Shown here one piece after another: positions 24,676-36,445 of a stretch of DNA of 64,000 nucleotides; positions within the stretch are counted from its first letter, which is position 1, and each line of letters opens with the position of its first letter. Source of the DNA: an uncultured cyanobacterium (GTDB lineage: Bacteria > Cyanobacteriota > Cyanobacteriia > PCC-6307 > Cyanobiaceae); contig CAVONQ010000006.1 in NCBI GenBank assembly GCA_963697335.1, positions 1 through 64,000 of the forward strand. Reading direction: 5' to 3'. The notes under the pieces are model-generated. The model worked only from the letters and a program-made list of their open reading frames with translations. It made no database searches and was not told where the DNA came from. The translations under genes and the position numbers were made by a program.

Positions 24676-26588
24676 GCGGACTGCCCGATGCCCAGCTGCC
24701 CGGCGGTCCGCTGCCGCAGGCCTGGCAGCACTGCAAGGAGGGGCTGCCCCTGGTGAGCCCGCAGCGCAAGCGGCAGCTGCGGCTGCTGGTGGTGGGCAGC
24801 GGCCTGGCCGGCGCCTCGGCGGCGGCCACCCTGGCCGAGCAGGGCTACCAGGTGCGGCTGCTCAGCTTCCATGACAGCCCGCGCCGGGCCCACTCGGTGG
24901 CGGCCCAGGGAGGCATCAATGCCGCCCGTCCCCGGGCCGCCGATGGCGACAGCATCAGCCGCCTGTTCGCCGACACCGTGCGCGGCGGCGACTTCCGCGC
25001 CCGCGAGGCGGGCTGCTGGCGGCTGGCGGAGATCAGCAGCGGCATCATTGATCAGTGCGTGGCCCAGGGCGTGCCCTTCGCCCGGGAGTACGGCGGCACC
25101 CTGGCCACCCGCAACTTCGGCGGGGCCCTGGTGAGCCGCACCTTCTACGCCCGCGGCCAGACGGGCCAGCAGCTGCTCTACGGCGCGTACCAGGCCCTCA
25201 TGCGCCAGGTGGCCGCCGGCCGGGTGGAGCTGCTCTGCCGCCGCGATGTGCTGGAGATCATCACCGTGGAGGGGGTGGCCCGCGGCGTGGTGGCCCGCCA
25301 CCTGATCAGCGGTGAGCTGGAGGTGCACACCGCCCAGGCCGTGCTGCTGGCCAGCGGCGGCTACAGCAACGTGTATTTCCTCTCCACCAACGCGCTCAAA
25401 TCCAACGCCAGCGCCATCTGGCGGGCGCATCGCCAGGGGGCCCTGCTCGCCAACCCCTGCTTCACCCAGATCCACCCCACCTGCATCCCCAGCGGCGACG
25501 CCTACCAGAGCAAGCTCACCCTGATGAGCGAGAGCCTGCGCAATGACGGCCGCGTGTGGCTGCCGCTCCAGCCGGCCGATCCGCGCCCGCCGGCCGAGAT
25601 TCCCGAGCAGGAGCGCGACTACTTCCTGGAGCGTCTCTACCCCGCCTACGGCAACATGGTGCCCCGCGATCTGGCCTCCCGGCGGGCCCGGGAGCTCTGC
25701 CAGGCCGGCCATGGCGTGGGGCCCGGCGGCCGCTCCGTGTATCTCGACCTGCGCGATGCGATCAACAGCCAGGGCGCCAGCACGATCGAGGGCCGCTACG
25801 GCAATCTGCTGCAGATGTACGAGCGGATCAGTGGCGAGGATCCCTACACCACGCCCCTGCGCATCTACCCGGCGCCCCACTACACGATGGGCGGTCTGTG
25901 GGTGGACTACCGGCTGATGAGTTCGATTCCGGGGCTGTTCGTGCTGGGTGAGGCCAACTTCTCCGAGCACGGCGCCAACCGGCTCGGGGCCAGCGCCCTG
26001 ATGCAGGGCCTGGCCGATGGCTACTTCATCGCGCCGCTCACGGTGACGGCCTGGCTGGCGGGCCATGCCACCCCTGCCATCGCCGAGGACCATCCGGCCT
26101 GCCGCGAGGCCCGGGCCCGGGCCGCTGCCCGCATCGACGCCCTGCTGCAGGTGGCGGGCCCGCAGCCCGTGGATGGCTTCCACCGGGAGCTGGGGGCGGT
26201 GATGATCGAGCGCTGCGGCATCAGCCGCGATGCCACCGGCCTGGAGTCCGGGCTGGCGGAGGTGGCGGCGCTGGAGCAGCGCTTCCATGCCGAGGTGCGG
26301 GTGCCGGGCACGGCGGCGGGGCCCAATGCGGAGCTGGAGAAGGCGCTGCGGCTGGCGGATTTCTTCGGGCTGGCCCAGCTGATGCTGCGCGATGCCCTGG
26401 CCCGCGAGGAGTCGTGCGGGGCCCACTTCCGCGAGGAGCACCAGACCACCGACGGCGAGGCCCGGCGCGATGACAGCCGTTTCGCCCACATCGCCGCCTG
26501 GGAACACCGGGACGGCGCCGACCCCCTTCGCCATGCTGAGCCCCTGCCCTTCTCCACCCTCGAGCCCAGTGCCCGCAGCTACCGCTGA
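24672..26588 (+). CDS. sdhA: Succinate dehydrogenase/fumarate reductase flavoprotein
   Basis: [46 protein letters not shown]. Confidence 0.95.
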   Translation: MSGLPDAQLPGGPLPQAWQHCKEGLPLVSPQRKRQLRLLVVGSGLAGASAAATLAEQGYQVRLLSFHDSPRRAHSVAAQGGINAARPRAADGDSISRLFADTVRGGDFRAREAGCWRLAEISSGIIDQCVAQGVPFAREYGGTLATRNFGGALVSRTFYARGQTGQQLLYGAYQALMRQVAAGRVELLCRRDVLEIITVEGVARGVVARHLISGELEVHTAQAVLLASGGYSNVYFLSTNALKSNASAIWRAHRQGALLANPCFTQIHPTCIPSGDAYQSKLTLMSESLRNDGRVWLPLQPADPRPPAEIPEQERDYFLERLYPAYGNMVPRDLASRRARELCQAGHGVGPGGRSVYLDLRDAINSQGASTIEGRYGNLLQMYERISGEDPYTTPLRIYPAPHYTMGGLWVDYRLMSSIPGLFVLGEANFSEHGANRLGASALMQGLADGYFIAPLTVTAWLAGHATPAIAEDHPACREARARAAARIDALLQVAGPQPVDGFHRELGAVMIERCGISRDATGLESGLAEVAALEQRFHAEVRVPGTAAGPNAELEKALRLADFFGLAQLMLRDALAREESCGAHFREEHQTTDGEARRDDSRFAHIAAWEHRDGADPLRHAEPLPFSTLEPSARSYR

Positions 26589-26597
26589 GCCCCGCCG

Positions 26598-27350
26598 ATG
26601 AGCAGCCGCACCCTCTGCCTGCATCTGCGCATCTGGCGCCAGGAGTCGCCCCAGGCTGCTGGCGGCTTCTGCGACTACACCCTGGAGGCGGTGTCGGCCG
26701 ACCTGTCGCTGCTGGAGGCGCTGGATCAGCTCAACGAGCAGCTGATCACGGCGGGCGAGCGGCCGGTGGCGATGGAACACGACTGCCGCGAGGGCATCTG
26801 CGGCAGTTGCGGCTTTCTGGTGAACGGCCAGGCCCATGGCCCCCGCGCCGCCACCAGCGTCTGCCAGCTCTACCTGCGCCAGTTCAGCAGTGGTGAGCGG
26901 CTCACCCTCGAGCCCTGGCGCGCGGCGGCCTTTCCCCTGGTACAGGACCTGGCGGTGGATCGCTCCGCCCTCGATCGCCTGATCGCGGCCGGGGGCTACT
27001 GCTCGGTGAACACCGGCCAGGCCGCGGACGGCAACGCCATGCTCGTGGGCGCCGAGCAGGCCCGATCCGCCTTCGACACCGCCACCTGCATCGGCTGTGG
27101 CGCCTGCGTGGCCAGCTGCCGCAATGCCTCCGCCAGCCTGTTTGTGGCCGCCAAGCTGGCCCACCTGGGCCAGCTGCCCCAGGGCCAGCCGGAACGCGCC
27201 CAGCGGGCTCGGGCCATGCAGCAGCAGATGCGCCAGGAGGGCTTCGGCAGCTGCAGCAGCCACCTGGAGTGCGAGGCCGTCTGCCCCCAGGAGATCTCCG
27301 CTGACTGGATCAGCTGGATGCACCGCGAGGCGCGCCGAAGCGCCGGATGA
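26598..27350 (+). CDS. sdhB: Succinate dehydrogenase Fe-S subunit
   Basis: CREGICGSC, CIGCGACVASC, CSSHLECEAVCP. Confidence 0.95.
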   Translation: MSSRTLCLHLRIWRQESPQAAGGFCDYTLEAVSADLSLLEALDQLNEQLITAGERPVAMEHDCREGICGSCGFLVNGQAHGPRAATSVCQLYLRQFSSGERLTLEPWRAAAFPLVQDLAVDRSALDRLIAAGGYCSVNTGQAADGNAMLVGAEQARSAFDTATCIGCGACVASCRNASASLFVAAKLAHLGQLPQGQPERAQRARAMQQQMRQEGFGSCSSHLECEAVCPQEISADWISWMHREARRSAG

Positions 27351-27774
27351 ACGCGGCCAGGGCCATCGGCCCACAGCGCCGCTGCCAGCCGATCACGCCG
27401 GGGTACTGCCGCCAGCAGGACAGCCGAACCCCGCCTGGCCGCAGGCAGAGGAGATAGCGGTAAGCCGCCTGACGGCAGACGGGATGGGCCTCCGCGGCGG
27501 CGATCGCCGGCAGGGGGGCAAAGATGTCAGCCAGCTCTGCCGCATTGGCGGCCGGCTGGCCCGTGGCCTGCAGCGGCGCCGCCAGCAGGGCGGCGATCCG
27601 CTGGGGGAACCCCTCACCGGCCAGCCACCAGTGGCGCTGCGCGGCACTGCGCAGATCCACCAGGGAGATCAGGGCCCCGCCCGCCTCATGGGCGTACGAC
27701 CTGGGAGCACTCGCAAGCGTGCTGGGCGGAGCAGGCGAAGGGGCTGTCGGTGCGACGGCCTGGCGAAGGGGCAC
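27310..27774 (-). CDS. Hypothetical protein
   Basis: ORF with Trp/Tyr-containing globular C-half; start uncertain. Confidence 0.5.
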   Translation of the reverse strand: MPLRQAVAPTAPSPAPPSTLASAPRSYAHEAGGALISLVDLRSAAQRHWWLAGEGFPQRIAALLAAPLQATGQPAANAAELADIFAPLPAIAAAEAHPVCRQAAYRYLLCLRPGGVRLSCWRQYPGVIGWQRRCGPMALAAFIRRFGAPRGASS

Positions 27775-27851
27775 GGCGGAGCAGAAGCGATCTCCTGTTC
27801 AGTGCCCCGGCCGTCTCAACCAAGGAGAGCCTGCGGCTCAGTTGGCCAAGA

Positions 27852-28157
27852 TCAGAGCGCCACCGAGGGCTGGCAGAACAGCACGATCAGCCAGATCGCG
27901 CCGACGATCGGAATCAAGCCGATGAACAGCCAGGGCCAGGGCTTGCCGATGTCGCGCAGGCGCCGCACAGAGATCGGAATCCCCGGCAGCAGGCTGGCGA
28001 TGGCATACACGTAATAGAGCTTCTCTGAGATCACCTGGAGAACGATGCCCAGGATCAGGTTGGCCAGCACAAACCACCAGTAGTCCCCCCGGTTGGAGCG
28101 ACCGCTGTAGTCGAAGGAGCGACTCCAGGCTGAGGTGAAAGCTTCGATCAGGCGCAT
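27852..28157 (-). CDS. DUF805 membrane protein
   Basis: FDYSGRSNRGDYWWF...VRRLRDIG...LIPIVG. Confidence 0.9.
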   Translation of the reverse strand: MRLIEAFTSAWSRSFDYSGRSNRGDYWWFVLANLILGIVLQVISEKLYYVYAIASLLPGIPISVRRLRDIGKPWPWLFIGLIPIVGAIWLIVLFCQPSVAL

Positions 28158-28182
28158 GGTGTGTGCGGAACGCCGCCACTGC

Positions 28183-29232
<1,050 letters not shown>

Positions 29233-29655
29233 CTACGGAGTGAGGGGGCCTGGGCTGAAGACCGCACTCGGGCAGAGGCTGCTGCGGCCATCGGCGAAGG
29301 CCATGCCGATGCGCACGTTGCGGCGGGCCATGGCGTTGTCCGACGGCTCGGTGAGCACGGCCATCAGTGCTTCGCTGTAGCGCTGCCGTTGCGGCGTGGT
29401 GATCAGGCCGTCGCGCTCCAGGGCACAGAGGGTGCGCATCGCCCCGTTGCCCTTGCCGAACATCAGCATGAACGACTCCTTCTGCGTGGCTCCGGTGCCC
29501 TCGGATGGCGTCTGGGCAGCGGCTGGAGCGCCAACGCCAGCGAGCACCACGATCGCCAAGGCACTGAGCCCGATGGAACAGAGCCGGATTGAGCCGCGCC
29601 AGACCAGGGCTTTGACTGCTGCCCTGCCAGAGGGCTGGAGGCGCTTGGTGCTCAA
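29233..29655 (-). CDS. Exported hypothetical protein
   Basis: Signal-peptide-like segment, overlaps stop of upstream ORF. Confidence 0.55.
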   Translation of the reverse strand: MSTKRLQPSGRAAVKALVWRGSIRLCSIGLSALAIVVLAGVGAPAAAQTPSEGTGATQKESFMLMFGKGNGAMRTLCALERDGLITTPQRQRYSEALMAVLTEPSDNAMARRNVRIGMAFADGRSSLCPSAVFSPGPLTP

Positions 29656-30083
29656 GGCAGGGGTTCGTCGTCTTCGAGCAGGAGTTGCTGGAAGGCCGTG
29701 TAGAGCTCCTGATGCTCGCCGACGAGGCGGGGGTCGGGGCGTCCCAGTCCCTTGCCGCTGCCTTTGCCAGGGCGCGACGGACCCCGATTCGGCGCCGCCA
29801 GGGCCGTAGGGCCAGGCGGCGCCGCAGGTGCCGGCTGGCGCTTCAGGCGTGCGGCCTCCAGGGACCGCAGCCGATCCAGCAGGTGCGGCGGCACCGTGCC
29901 ATCGGCACTGGCCTGCATCAGCTCGGCGAAGAGCGTTTCCGGATTGGTCTCCGTTTCCAGCCTGTGGCGGGGCTGGTCGGCTCTGGGGCTGCGGGCCGGG
30001 GGGGGCTCGGGAACGGGCAGGGCCTTGGGCAGTGAACGGCCCAGCTGCCGCAGGCGCTCCAGGCTGTGGGCGTCGAAACTCAT
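29652..30083 (-). CDS. Conserved picocyanobacterial hypothetical protein
   Basis: FDAHSLERLRQLGRSLP...LFAELMQASADGTVPPHL...LYTAFQQLLLED. Confidence 0.75.
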   Translation of the reverse strand: MSFDAHSLERLRQLGRSLPKALPVPEPPPARSPRADQPRHRLETETNPETLFAELMQASADGTVPPHLLDRLRSLEAARLKRQPAPAAPPGPTALAAPNRGPSRPGKGSGKGLGRPDPRLVGEHQELYTAFQQLLLEDDEPLP

Positions 30084-30113
30084 GGCTCAGGTGTGGCGAA
30101 TCGGGGCCGGCGC

Positions 30114-30665
30114 TCAGCCGCAGTTGAGGCTCTCGCGGGTCTCGCGCCCGGTGATCGGATTGGTGCCCCGGGCCGCCGCGCAGAGCACCTTGAGGGCGTC
30201 GCCGCGCAGGGGCACATTGGTGAAATCGGCGCCGTCAATGACCACGTCAGTGAACTTGGCGTTGAAGGCAAAGGCATCCTCCAGCACGGCGTTGGTGAGA
30301 TCGGTGCCGTTGAACACCGCTGAATCCAGGGTGGCCTCGCGCAGATTGGTGTTGCTCAGATCGGCATCCTGCAATTTGGCGCCGTAGAGGCTCGCCCCCT
30401 GAAGATCGGAGCCGGAGAGGTCGGCGTCGCGCAGGTTGGTGAGGTTGAAGGTGCCGCCGCGCAGATCCTGGCCGTGATAGTCGGCACCGATCAACACCTG
30501 CTTGGCCACATCCACCGCAGCGAAGGCCGTTGAGGGAATCAGCAGGATCAAAGCCAGCACCAGACTGAGCCAAACCCCGCCACGTCGGGGCCGCCAGCCG
30601 GGCCGCTCGGGCCTTCCCGGTTCGACGGCGGAGAGCAGATTCTCAGGGGAGGGGGGCACGGCCAT
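30114..30665 (-). CDS. Pentapeptide-repeat protein
   Basis: A(D/N)Lxx repeats after a signal peptide; GTNPITGRETRESL end. Confidence 0.9.
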   Translation of the reverse strand: MAVPPSPENLLSAVEPGRPERPGWRPRRGGVWLSLVLALILLIPSTAFAAVDVAKQVLIGADYHGQDLRGGTFNLTNLRDADLSGSDLQGASLYGAKLQDADLSNTNLREATLDSAVFNGTDLTNAVLEDAFAFNAKFTDVVIDGADFTNVPLRGDALKVLCAAARGTNPITGRETRESLNCG

Positions 30666-30811
30666 CGGGGGATGCGGCCGACGGCCGCTGGGTCTCACAA
30701 CCCATGCTGATGCACGGCAGAAGCTCCTGTGGCAGCGGCATGCGCAGCGGTTGTGGCAACGCTCTGGGCTGAATCGGGCGCCGACGGCCGGCGCCCCCAG
30801 CGGAGCGGCGC

Positions 30812-31180
30812 ATGGCGGCGCGATCGACCCTGCAACGGCGGGGAGACTGGGCCGAACAGCGGGCCCTGCGCCTGCTGGGCTCCCGGGGCTGGACGCTGCA
30901 TTCACGCCAATGGCGCTGTCGCTGGGGTGAGCTCGACCTGGTGCTCAGCAAGCCGCAGCGGCTGCTGCTGGTGGAGGTGAAGGCCCGCTCCCGCTGCGGC
31001 CCCGATGGCTGGGGCCAGGCGTCCCTGGGGCCCCGCAAGCGGCTCAGGCTGCAGCGGGCCTGGAACTGCTGGCTGGAGGCCCACCCCGCCCGTGCCGACT
31101 GCCCCGTGGAGCTGGTCTATGCCCTGGTGCCGCTGCCCCCCTCGCGCCGGGCGGTGCGGTGGATCCACGTGAGTTTCTGA
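30812..31180 (+). CDS. YraN (UPF0102) family endonuclease-like protein
   Basis: GDWAEQRA...WRCRWGELDLV...VEVKAR. Confidence 0.9.
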   Translation: MAARSTLQRRGDWAEQRALRLLGSRGWTLHSRQWRCRWGELDLVLSKPQRLLLVEVKARSRCGPDGWGQASLGPRKRLRLQRAWNCWLEAHPARADCPVELVYALVPLPPSRRAVRWIHVSF

Positions 31181-31207
31181 ACGGGCGCCACAGGCACGGC
31201 CCCCTGG

Positions 31208-31504
31208 TCAGGGCGTGGCCTCCGGGGCGCCATCGCTGCTCGGCGAGGGGGCCGCGGGGTCGAACCACACCGTGCAGCGATAGCGGATGTTGCCGATGCC
31301 CACCTCGACCTCCTCACAGCGCTCCCGGGTCACGGTGGCTCCGGCCGGCATCTGTTCGCGGGCCCGCTGCAGCGCATTGTCCCGGTCCCAGACCGATGAG
31401 GCGGTGGCACTGCCGGCCAGGGCTGGCGCCGCCCCTGCCAGAGCTGTGGCCAGAGCAGCGGCCAGGGCGCAGCCCAGGGCCAGGGGGGGTGAAGCGTGAG
31501 CCAT
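31208..31504 (-). CDS. Small secreted hypothetical protein
   Basis: Signal peptide; Cys pair in mature part. Confidence 0.65.
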   Translation of the reverse strand: MAHASPPLALGCALAAALATALAGAAPALAGSATASSVWDRDNALQRAREQMPAGATVTRERCEEVEVGIGNIRYRCTVWFDPAAPSPSSDGAPEATP

Positions 31505-31585
31505 GGCAGCAGCAGGACAGCTACCCCCGTACTAGCGCCGCTGGCGCCGGCGGACAGGCAGGCTGAGGACCGTGCCCGCCCCACC

Positions 31586-32395
31586 ATGACCTTCGCCGCC
31601 CATCGCGCCCGCAAGCGCTTCGGCCAGCATTGGCTCATGGATGGGGCCGTGCTGGATCGGATCGTGGCGGCCGCCGAGCTGGAAGCGGGGGAGGTGGTGC
31701 TGGAAATCGGCCCTGGCCGGGGCGCCCTCAGCGAGCGCCTGCTGGCCAGCCCGGCCGCCCGGGTGGCCGCCATCGAGCTCGACCGCGACCTGGTAGCCGG
31801 CCTGCAGCAGCGTTTCGGCGCCGATCCCCGCTTCCAGCTTCTGGAAGGCGATGCCCTGGCCGTGCCCCTGCCCGAGGCCCACAAGGTGGTGGCCAACATC
31901 CCGTACAACATCACGGGGCCACTGCTGGAGCGGCTCGTCGGCCGGCTCGATCAGCCCGTGAGCCCGCCCTACCGGCGGCTGGTGCTGCTGGTGCAGCAGG
32001 AGGTGGGGGAGCGGATCCGCTGCCGGCCGGGCAGCTCCGCCTACTCCGCCCTCAGCGTGCGCATGCAGCTGCTGGGGGAGTGTCGCAGCGTCTGCGCCGT
32101 GCCCCCCCGCTGCTTCCAGCCCCCGCCGAAGGTGCACTCAGAGGTGATCGTGATCGATCCCTACCCCCCGCAGCAGCGGCCGGAGCCCGCCCTGGCCCGG
32201 GCCACCGAACAGCTGTTGCGCCGCTGCTTCGCCGCCCGCCGCAAGATGCTGCGCAACACCCTGGCCGGCCTGGCGTCGCCGCCGCAGCTGGCTGCCGTGG
32301 CCGAGAGCGCCGGGGTGAGCCTGCAGCAGCGGCCCCAGGAGCTCGCGCCGGCGGCCTGGCTGGCCCTGGCGGCGGGTTTGAATCAGCCCAGTTGA
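31586..32395 (+). CDS. rsmA: 16S rRNA dimethyladenosine transferase
   Basis: RKRFGQHWL, EIGPGRG, VANIPYNIT, FQPPPKV. Confidence 0.95.
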   Translation: MTFAAHRARKRFGQHWLMDGAVLDRIVAAAELEAGEVVLEIGPGRGALSERLLASPAARVAAIELDRDLVAGLQQRFGADPRFQLLEGDALAVPLPEAHKVVANIPYNITGPLLERLVGRLDQPVSPPYRRLVLLVQQEVGERIRCRPGSSAYSALSVRMQLLGECRSVCAVPPRCFQPPPKVHSEVIVIDPYPPQQRPEPALARATEQLLRRCFAARRKMLRNTLAGLASPPQLAAVAESAGVSLQQRPQELAPAAWLALAAGLNQPS

Positions 32396-32422
32396 ATCGG
32401 GTGCCGTTGCCCGGGCCCAGCC

Positions 32423-33358
32423 ATGGCTGAACTGATCGTGTGGTCCCCGGCCAAGATCAACCTGCATCTGGAGGTGCTGGGCCTGCGCGGCGACGGCTTC
32501 CACGAGCTGGCCATGGTGATGCAGACCATCGAGCTGCTCGATCGGCTGCGGCTCAGTCCCAGCGCCGATGGCCGGATCCAGTTGAGCTGCGACAACCCCA
32601 ACCTGCCCACGGACGGCGGCAACCTGATCGTGCGGGCGGCGGAGCTGCTCAAGGCCCGGGCTGGGCTGCCCGAGCTCGGCGCCCACCTGCACCTCGAGAA
32701 GCGGATCCCCGTGGGAGCCGGCCTGGCGGGGGGCTCCAGCAATGGCGCCGCTGCCCTGGTGGGGCTGAACAACCTCTGGGGGCTTGGGTTCAGCGAGCCT
32801 GAGCTGGCGGTGCTGGCGGCCGAGCTGGGCTCCGACATGCCCTTCTGCATCGGCGGCGGCACCCAGCTCTGCTTCGGGCGGGGGGAGCGGCTCGAAGCCC
32901 AGCCGGCTCCCCAGGGTGGCGGTTGGGCTGTGCTGCTGCTCAAGCATCCGGCCGCCAGCGTCAGCACCCCCTGGGCCTACCAGCAGAGCCGCCAGCAGCG
33001 GCAGGCCAGCTACCTGGAAGGCGAGGCGGCCTTTGAGCAGCGGCGCCAGGCGCTGCGACAGGGGCCCCTGCTGCGGGCGCTGCAGGGGCTGGAGCCGCTG
33101 CCGCCCCTGCGCAACGACCTGCAGGCGGTGGTGGAACCCGCCGAGGCCACCGTGGGGCAGGGGTTGGCCCTGCTCCGCCGAGCGGAAGCGGCCCTGGCCG
33201 TGGCCATGAGCGGCTCCGGGCCCAGCCTGTTCGCCCTGTTCGCCGATCTGGAGGCGGCCCGCCGCGCCCAGGCCAGCCTTGCCGGTGAGCTCGCCGCCGC
33301 CGGATTCGACAGCTGGGCCTGCACCCTGCGGCCGCAAGGTGTCAGCCTGGAGGAGTGA
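32423..33358 (+). CDS. ispE: 4-diphosphocytidyl-2C-methyl-D-erythritol kinase
   Basis: [26 protein letters not shown]. Confidence 0.95.
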   Translation: MAELIVWSPAKINLHLEVLGLRGDGFHELAMVMQTIELLDRLRLSPSADGRIQLSCDNPNLPTDGGNLIVRAAELLKARAGLPELGAHLHLEKRIPVGAGLAGGSSNGAAALVGLNNLWGLGFSEPELAVLAAELGSDMPFCIGGGTQLCFGRGERLEAQPAPQGGGWAVLLLKHPAASVSTPWAYQQSRQQRQASYLEGEAAFEQRRQALRQGPLLRALQGLEPLPPLRNDLQAVVEPAEATVGQGLALLRRAEAALAVAMSGSGPSLFALFADLEAARRAQASLAGELAAAGFDSWACTLRPQGVSLEE

Positions 33359-33741
33359 CTGAGCCCTCTTCTGCTTCCAACGGCGGCCCCGCCAGCGCTG
33401 AGCCGTCTACCGCCACCTCAGAGGCGCGAACCGAGAGACCCCGAAAGGGGCCCCTCAGCTTTCTCTCGGGATCCCTCACGGCAGGCCTGCTGGGCTGGCT
33501 CACCCTGGGCCTGAGCCAGCGGGTGGTGCTGTACTACGGCGCCCACCCGCCCCACTACGACTCCGCCATCGCCCAGAGCATCGCCACGGCGCTCAAGACC
33601 CTGATCATCGGCATGAGCTTCCTGGCCACGTTCACCTTCGGCTTCATCGCCCTGGGGCTGGGCCTGGTGTTCGTGCGCAGCCTGGTGCCCGGATCCCCAT
33701 CTGCTCACAGCGGCGACACCGAAGCGGAGGAGGCCACTTAG
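33355..33741 (+). CDS. DUF3082 membrane protein
   Basis: [10 protein letters not shown]...[12 protein letters not shown]; usual ispE-pdhB context. Confidence 0.8.
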   Translation: MTEPSSASNGGPASAEPSTATSEARTERPRKGPLSFLSGSLTAGLLGWLTLGLSQRVVLYYGAHPPHYDSAIAQSIATALKTLIIGMSFLATFTFGFIALGLGLVFVRSLVPGSPSAHSGDTEAEEAT

Positions 33742-33750
33742 CCTGCCCCC

Positions 33751-33846
33751 ATGACACTGCACGATCTGGGCCTGCTGGTCACCCTGCTGCTGCCGGGCAT
33801 GCTGCTCTCGGTGCTGATCCTCAGCACCTTCGCCGCGGGCGGCTGA
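33751..33846 (+). CDS. 31-aa single-TM microprotein
   Basis: Manual: MTLHDLGLLVTLLLPGMLLSVLILSTFAAGG*; strong GC3 bias, 9 nt after upstream stop. Confidence 0.65.
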   Translation: MTLHDLGLLVTLLLPGMLLSVLILSTFAAGG

Positions 33847-33911
33847 GCGCTTGAGGCTGAGACCCGCTTGAAGCTGAGATAGGTTGGCGCCCAGTCGGTG
33901 CTTGCCAACGC

Positions 33912-34895
33912 GTGGCCGAAACGCTGCTGTTCAACGCTCTCCGTGAAGCCATCGACGAGGAGATGGCCCGGGATCCCTACGTCTGCGTGATGGGGGAGGA
34001 CGTGGGCCAGTACGGCGGCTCCTACAAGGTGACCAAGGACCTCTACGAGAAGTACGGCGAGCTGCGGGTGCTGGACACCCCGATTGCCGAGAACAGCTTC
34101 ACCGGCATGGCCGTGGGCGCCGCCATGACCGGCCTGCGGCCGATCGTGGAGGGCATGAACATGGGCTTCCTGCTGCTGGCCTTCAACCAGATCTCCAACA
34201 ACATGGGGATGCTGCGCTACACCAGCGGCGGCAACTACATGATTCCTGCCGTGGTGCGCGGGCCTGGCGGCGTCGGCCGCCAGCTGGGGGCCGAGCACAG
34301 CCAGCGCCTGGAGGCCTATTTCCACGCGGTGCCGGGCATCAAGATCGTGGCGGTGAGCACGCCCACCAATGCCAAGGGCCTGATGAAGGCGGCGATCCGC
34401 GACAACAACCCGGTGCTCTTCTTTGAGCACGTGCTTCTCTACAACCTCAGCGAAGACATTCCCGAAGGCGATTACATCTGCGCCCTCGATCAGGCCGAGG
34501 TGGTGCGCGAGGGCAGCGACGTGACGATCCTCACCTACTCGCGCATGCGGCAGCACTGCCTCAAGGCCGTGCAACAGCTGGAGGCCGAGGGGATCGATGT
34601 GGAGCTGATCGACCTGATCAGCCTCAAGCCCTTCGACATGGCCACCATTGCCGGCTCGATCCGCAAGACCCACAAGGTGATCGTGGTTGAGGAGTGCATG
34701 AAGACGGGCGGCATCGGCGCCGAGCTGCTGGCTCTGATCACCGAGCACTGCTTCGACGACCTCGACGCCCGGCCGTTGCGGCTCTCTTCCCAGGACATCC
34801 CCACCCCCTACAACGGCGGGCTCGAAAACCTCACGATCATCCAGCCGCACCAGATCGTCAAAGCCGCCCAGGACCTCACCCGCGGGTCCCTCTGA
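33912..34895 (+). CDS. pdhB: Pyruvate dehydrogenase E1 beta subunit
   Basis: [21 protein letters not shown]. Confidence 0.97.
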   Translation: MAETLLFNALREAIDEEMARDPYVCVMGEDVGQYGGSYKVTKDLYEKYGELRVLDTPIAENSFTGMAVGAAMTGLRPIVEGMNMGFLLLAFNQISNNMGMLRYTSGGNYMIPAVVRGPGGVGRQLGAEHSQRLEAYFHAVPGIKIVAVSTPTNAKGLMKAAIRDNNPVLFFEHVLLYNLSEDIPEGDYICALDQAEVVREGSDVTILTYSRMRQHCLKAVQQLEAEGIDVELIDLISLKPFDMATIAGSIRKTHKVIVVEECMKTGGIGAELLALITEHCFDDLDARPLRLSSQDIPTPYNGGLENLTIIQPHQIVKAAQDLTRGSL

Positions 34896-34896
34896 G

Positions 34897-36417
34897 ATGG
34901 CACGACAGCAGGGGTGGTTCGCCCTGATCCTGGCCCTGGCGATCGCCGCCTCGGCCCTGCTGGTCACCTTCCCGTTGCAGCTGGGTCTGGACCTGCGCGG
35001 TGGCAGCCAGCTGACCCTCCAGGTGATGCCCGCAGGCGCGATCACATCTGTGGATCAGGAACAGCTCGAAGCGGTGAAGGAGGTGCTGGAGCGCCGCATC
35101 AACGGCCTCGGTGTGGCCGAGTCCACCTTGCAGACCGTGGGCAACGACCAGCTGGTGCTGCAGCTCCCCGGTGAGCAGGACCCCAGCAGGGCCGCCAAGG
35201 TGCTGGGCTCCACCGCCCTGCTGGAATTCCGCGCCCAGCGGCCCGGCACCGAACAGGACATGCAGGGGCTGCTGAGCCTCAAGCGCCAGGCCGAGGCGGT
35301 TCTCAACCTCGAACGGCAGCGGCGTGGCGCCCTCAACAACCCTGATCAGGCTGGAGCCGATGGCGATGCCGCCCAGCCCCCGGCCGATTTTCCAGCCACT
35401 CAGCTGGCCCAGGCCCTGCGCCAGCTGGACATTCCCGTGCCCGATGGAGCCAGTGAGGCCGATCAGCTGGAGCTGCTGCTCGACGCGGTGAACACCCGGA
35501 TCGTGGCCCTCTACGAGCCCGCCGCCTTCACCGGCAAGGAGCTGGTCACGGCCGGGCGCCAACAGCAGCAGAGCGGCAGCGGCTGGGAGGTGACGCTGAG
35601 CTTCACCCAGGCCGGCGGTGAACAGTTCGCCAACCTCACCAAGGACATCGCTGGAACGGGCCGCCTGCTGGGCATCGTGCTGGATGGCCGCTCGATCAGT
35701 GAGGCCAGTGTGGGGCCCGAGTTCCAGGTCGCCGGCATTGCCGGCGGCGCCGCCAGCATCACCGGCAACTTCACGGCCGAAGAGGCGCGCGACCTCGAAG
35801 TGCAGTTGCGCGGCGGCTCCCTGCCCCTGCCGATTCGGGTCGTGGAGGTGCGCACCGTCGGCCCCTCCCTCGGCGCCGACAACATCCGCTCCAGCCTGCT
35901 GGCCGCCCTGCTGGGCCTGGCGCTGGTGGCGGTGTTCATGGTGCTGGTGTACCGGCTGGCCGGGGTGGTGGCGGTGCTGGCCCTGAGCCTCTATGCCCTG
36001 TTCAACCTGGCGCTCTATGCCCTGATCCCGGTGACCCTCACCCTGCCGGGAATCGCCGGCTTCATCCTCTCCCTGGGGATGGCGGTGGACGCCAACGTGC
36101 TGATCTTTGAGCGGATCAAGGACGAGCTGCGCGCGGGCAACACCTTGATCCGTTCGATCGAAACTGGTTTCAACCTGGCTTTTTCCTCGATTCTCGACGG
36201 CCAGCTCACCACCCTGATCAGCTGCGTGGCCCTGTTTGCCCTGGGCACCGGCTTCGTGAAGGGCTTCGCGGTGACCCTGGGGATCGGCGTTCTGCTCAGC
36301 CTGTTCAGTGCCTTCACCTGCACCCGTACGCTGCTGCGGCTGTTGATGAGCTATCCGGCCCTGCGCCGGCCCAGCTACTTCCTGCCCCGGATCCAGCTGC
36401 CGGTCACCTCCTCCTGA
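34897..36417 (+). CDS. secD: Protein translocase subunit SecD
   Basis: LGLDLRGG, VGPSLG, GMAVDANVLIFERIK. Confidence 0.97.
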   Translation: MARQQGWFALILALAIAASALLVTFPLQLGLDLRGGSQLTLQVMPAGAITSVDQEQLEAVKEVLERRINGLGVAESTLQTVGNDQLVLQLPGEQDPSRAAKVLGSTALLEFRAQRPGTEQDMQGLLSLKRQAEAVLNLERQRRGALNNPDQAGADGDAAQPPADFPATQLAQALRQLDIPVPDGASEADQLELLLDAVNTRIVALYEPAAFTGKELVTAGRQQQQSGSGWEVTLSFTQAGGEQFANLTKDIAGTGRLLGIVLDGRSISEASVGPEFQVAGIAGGAASITGNFTAEEARDLEVQLRGGSLPLPIRVVEVRTVGPSLGADNIRSSLLAALLGLALVAVFMVLVYRLAGVVAVLALSLYALFNLALYALIPVTLTLPGIAGFILSLGMAVDANVLIFERIKDELRAGNTLIRSIETGFNLAFSSILDGQLTTLISCVALFALGTGFVKGFAVTLGIGVLLSLFSAFTCTRTLLRLLMSYPALRRPSYFLPRIQLPVTSS

Positions 36418-36445
36418 TCTCCCTGCCCCGCCCCGTGTCGTTCCT

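Noticed and set aside
22332..26588. 1418-aa ORF
   Set aside because: Only 24672-26588 is sdhA; the upstream part is a stop-free antisense/alternate frame over umuCD and sdhC caused by high GC.
24468..27374. 968-aa minus-strand ORF (and similar long shadow ORFs at 34876-36966, 48995-51391, 14708-16447)
   Set aside because: Antisense shadows of recognisable genes with no motifs of their own.
30240..30480. Periodic DNA in the pentapeptide gene
   Set aside because: Explained by the protein's 5-residue repeat.
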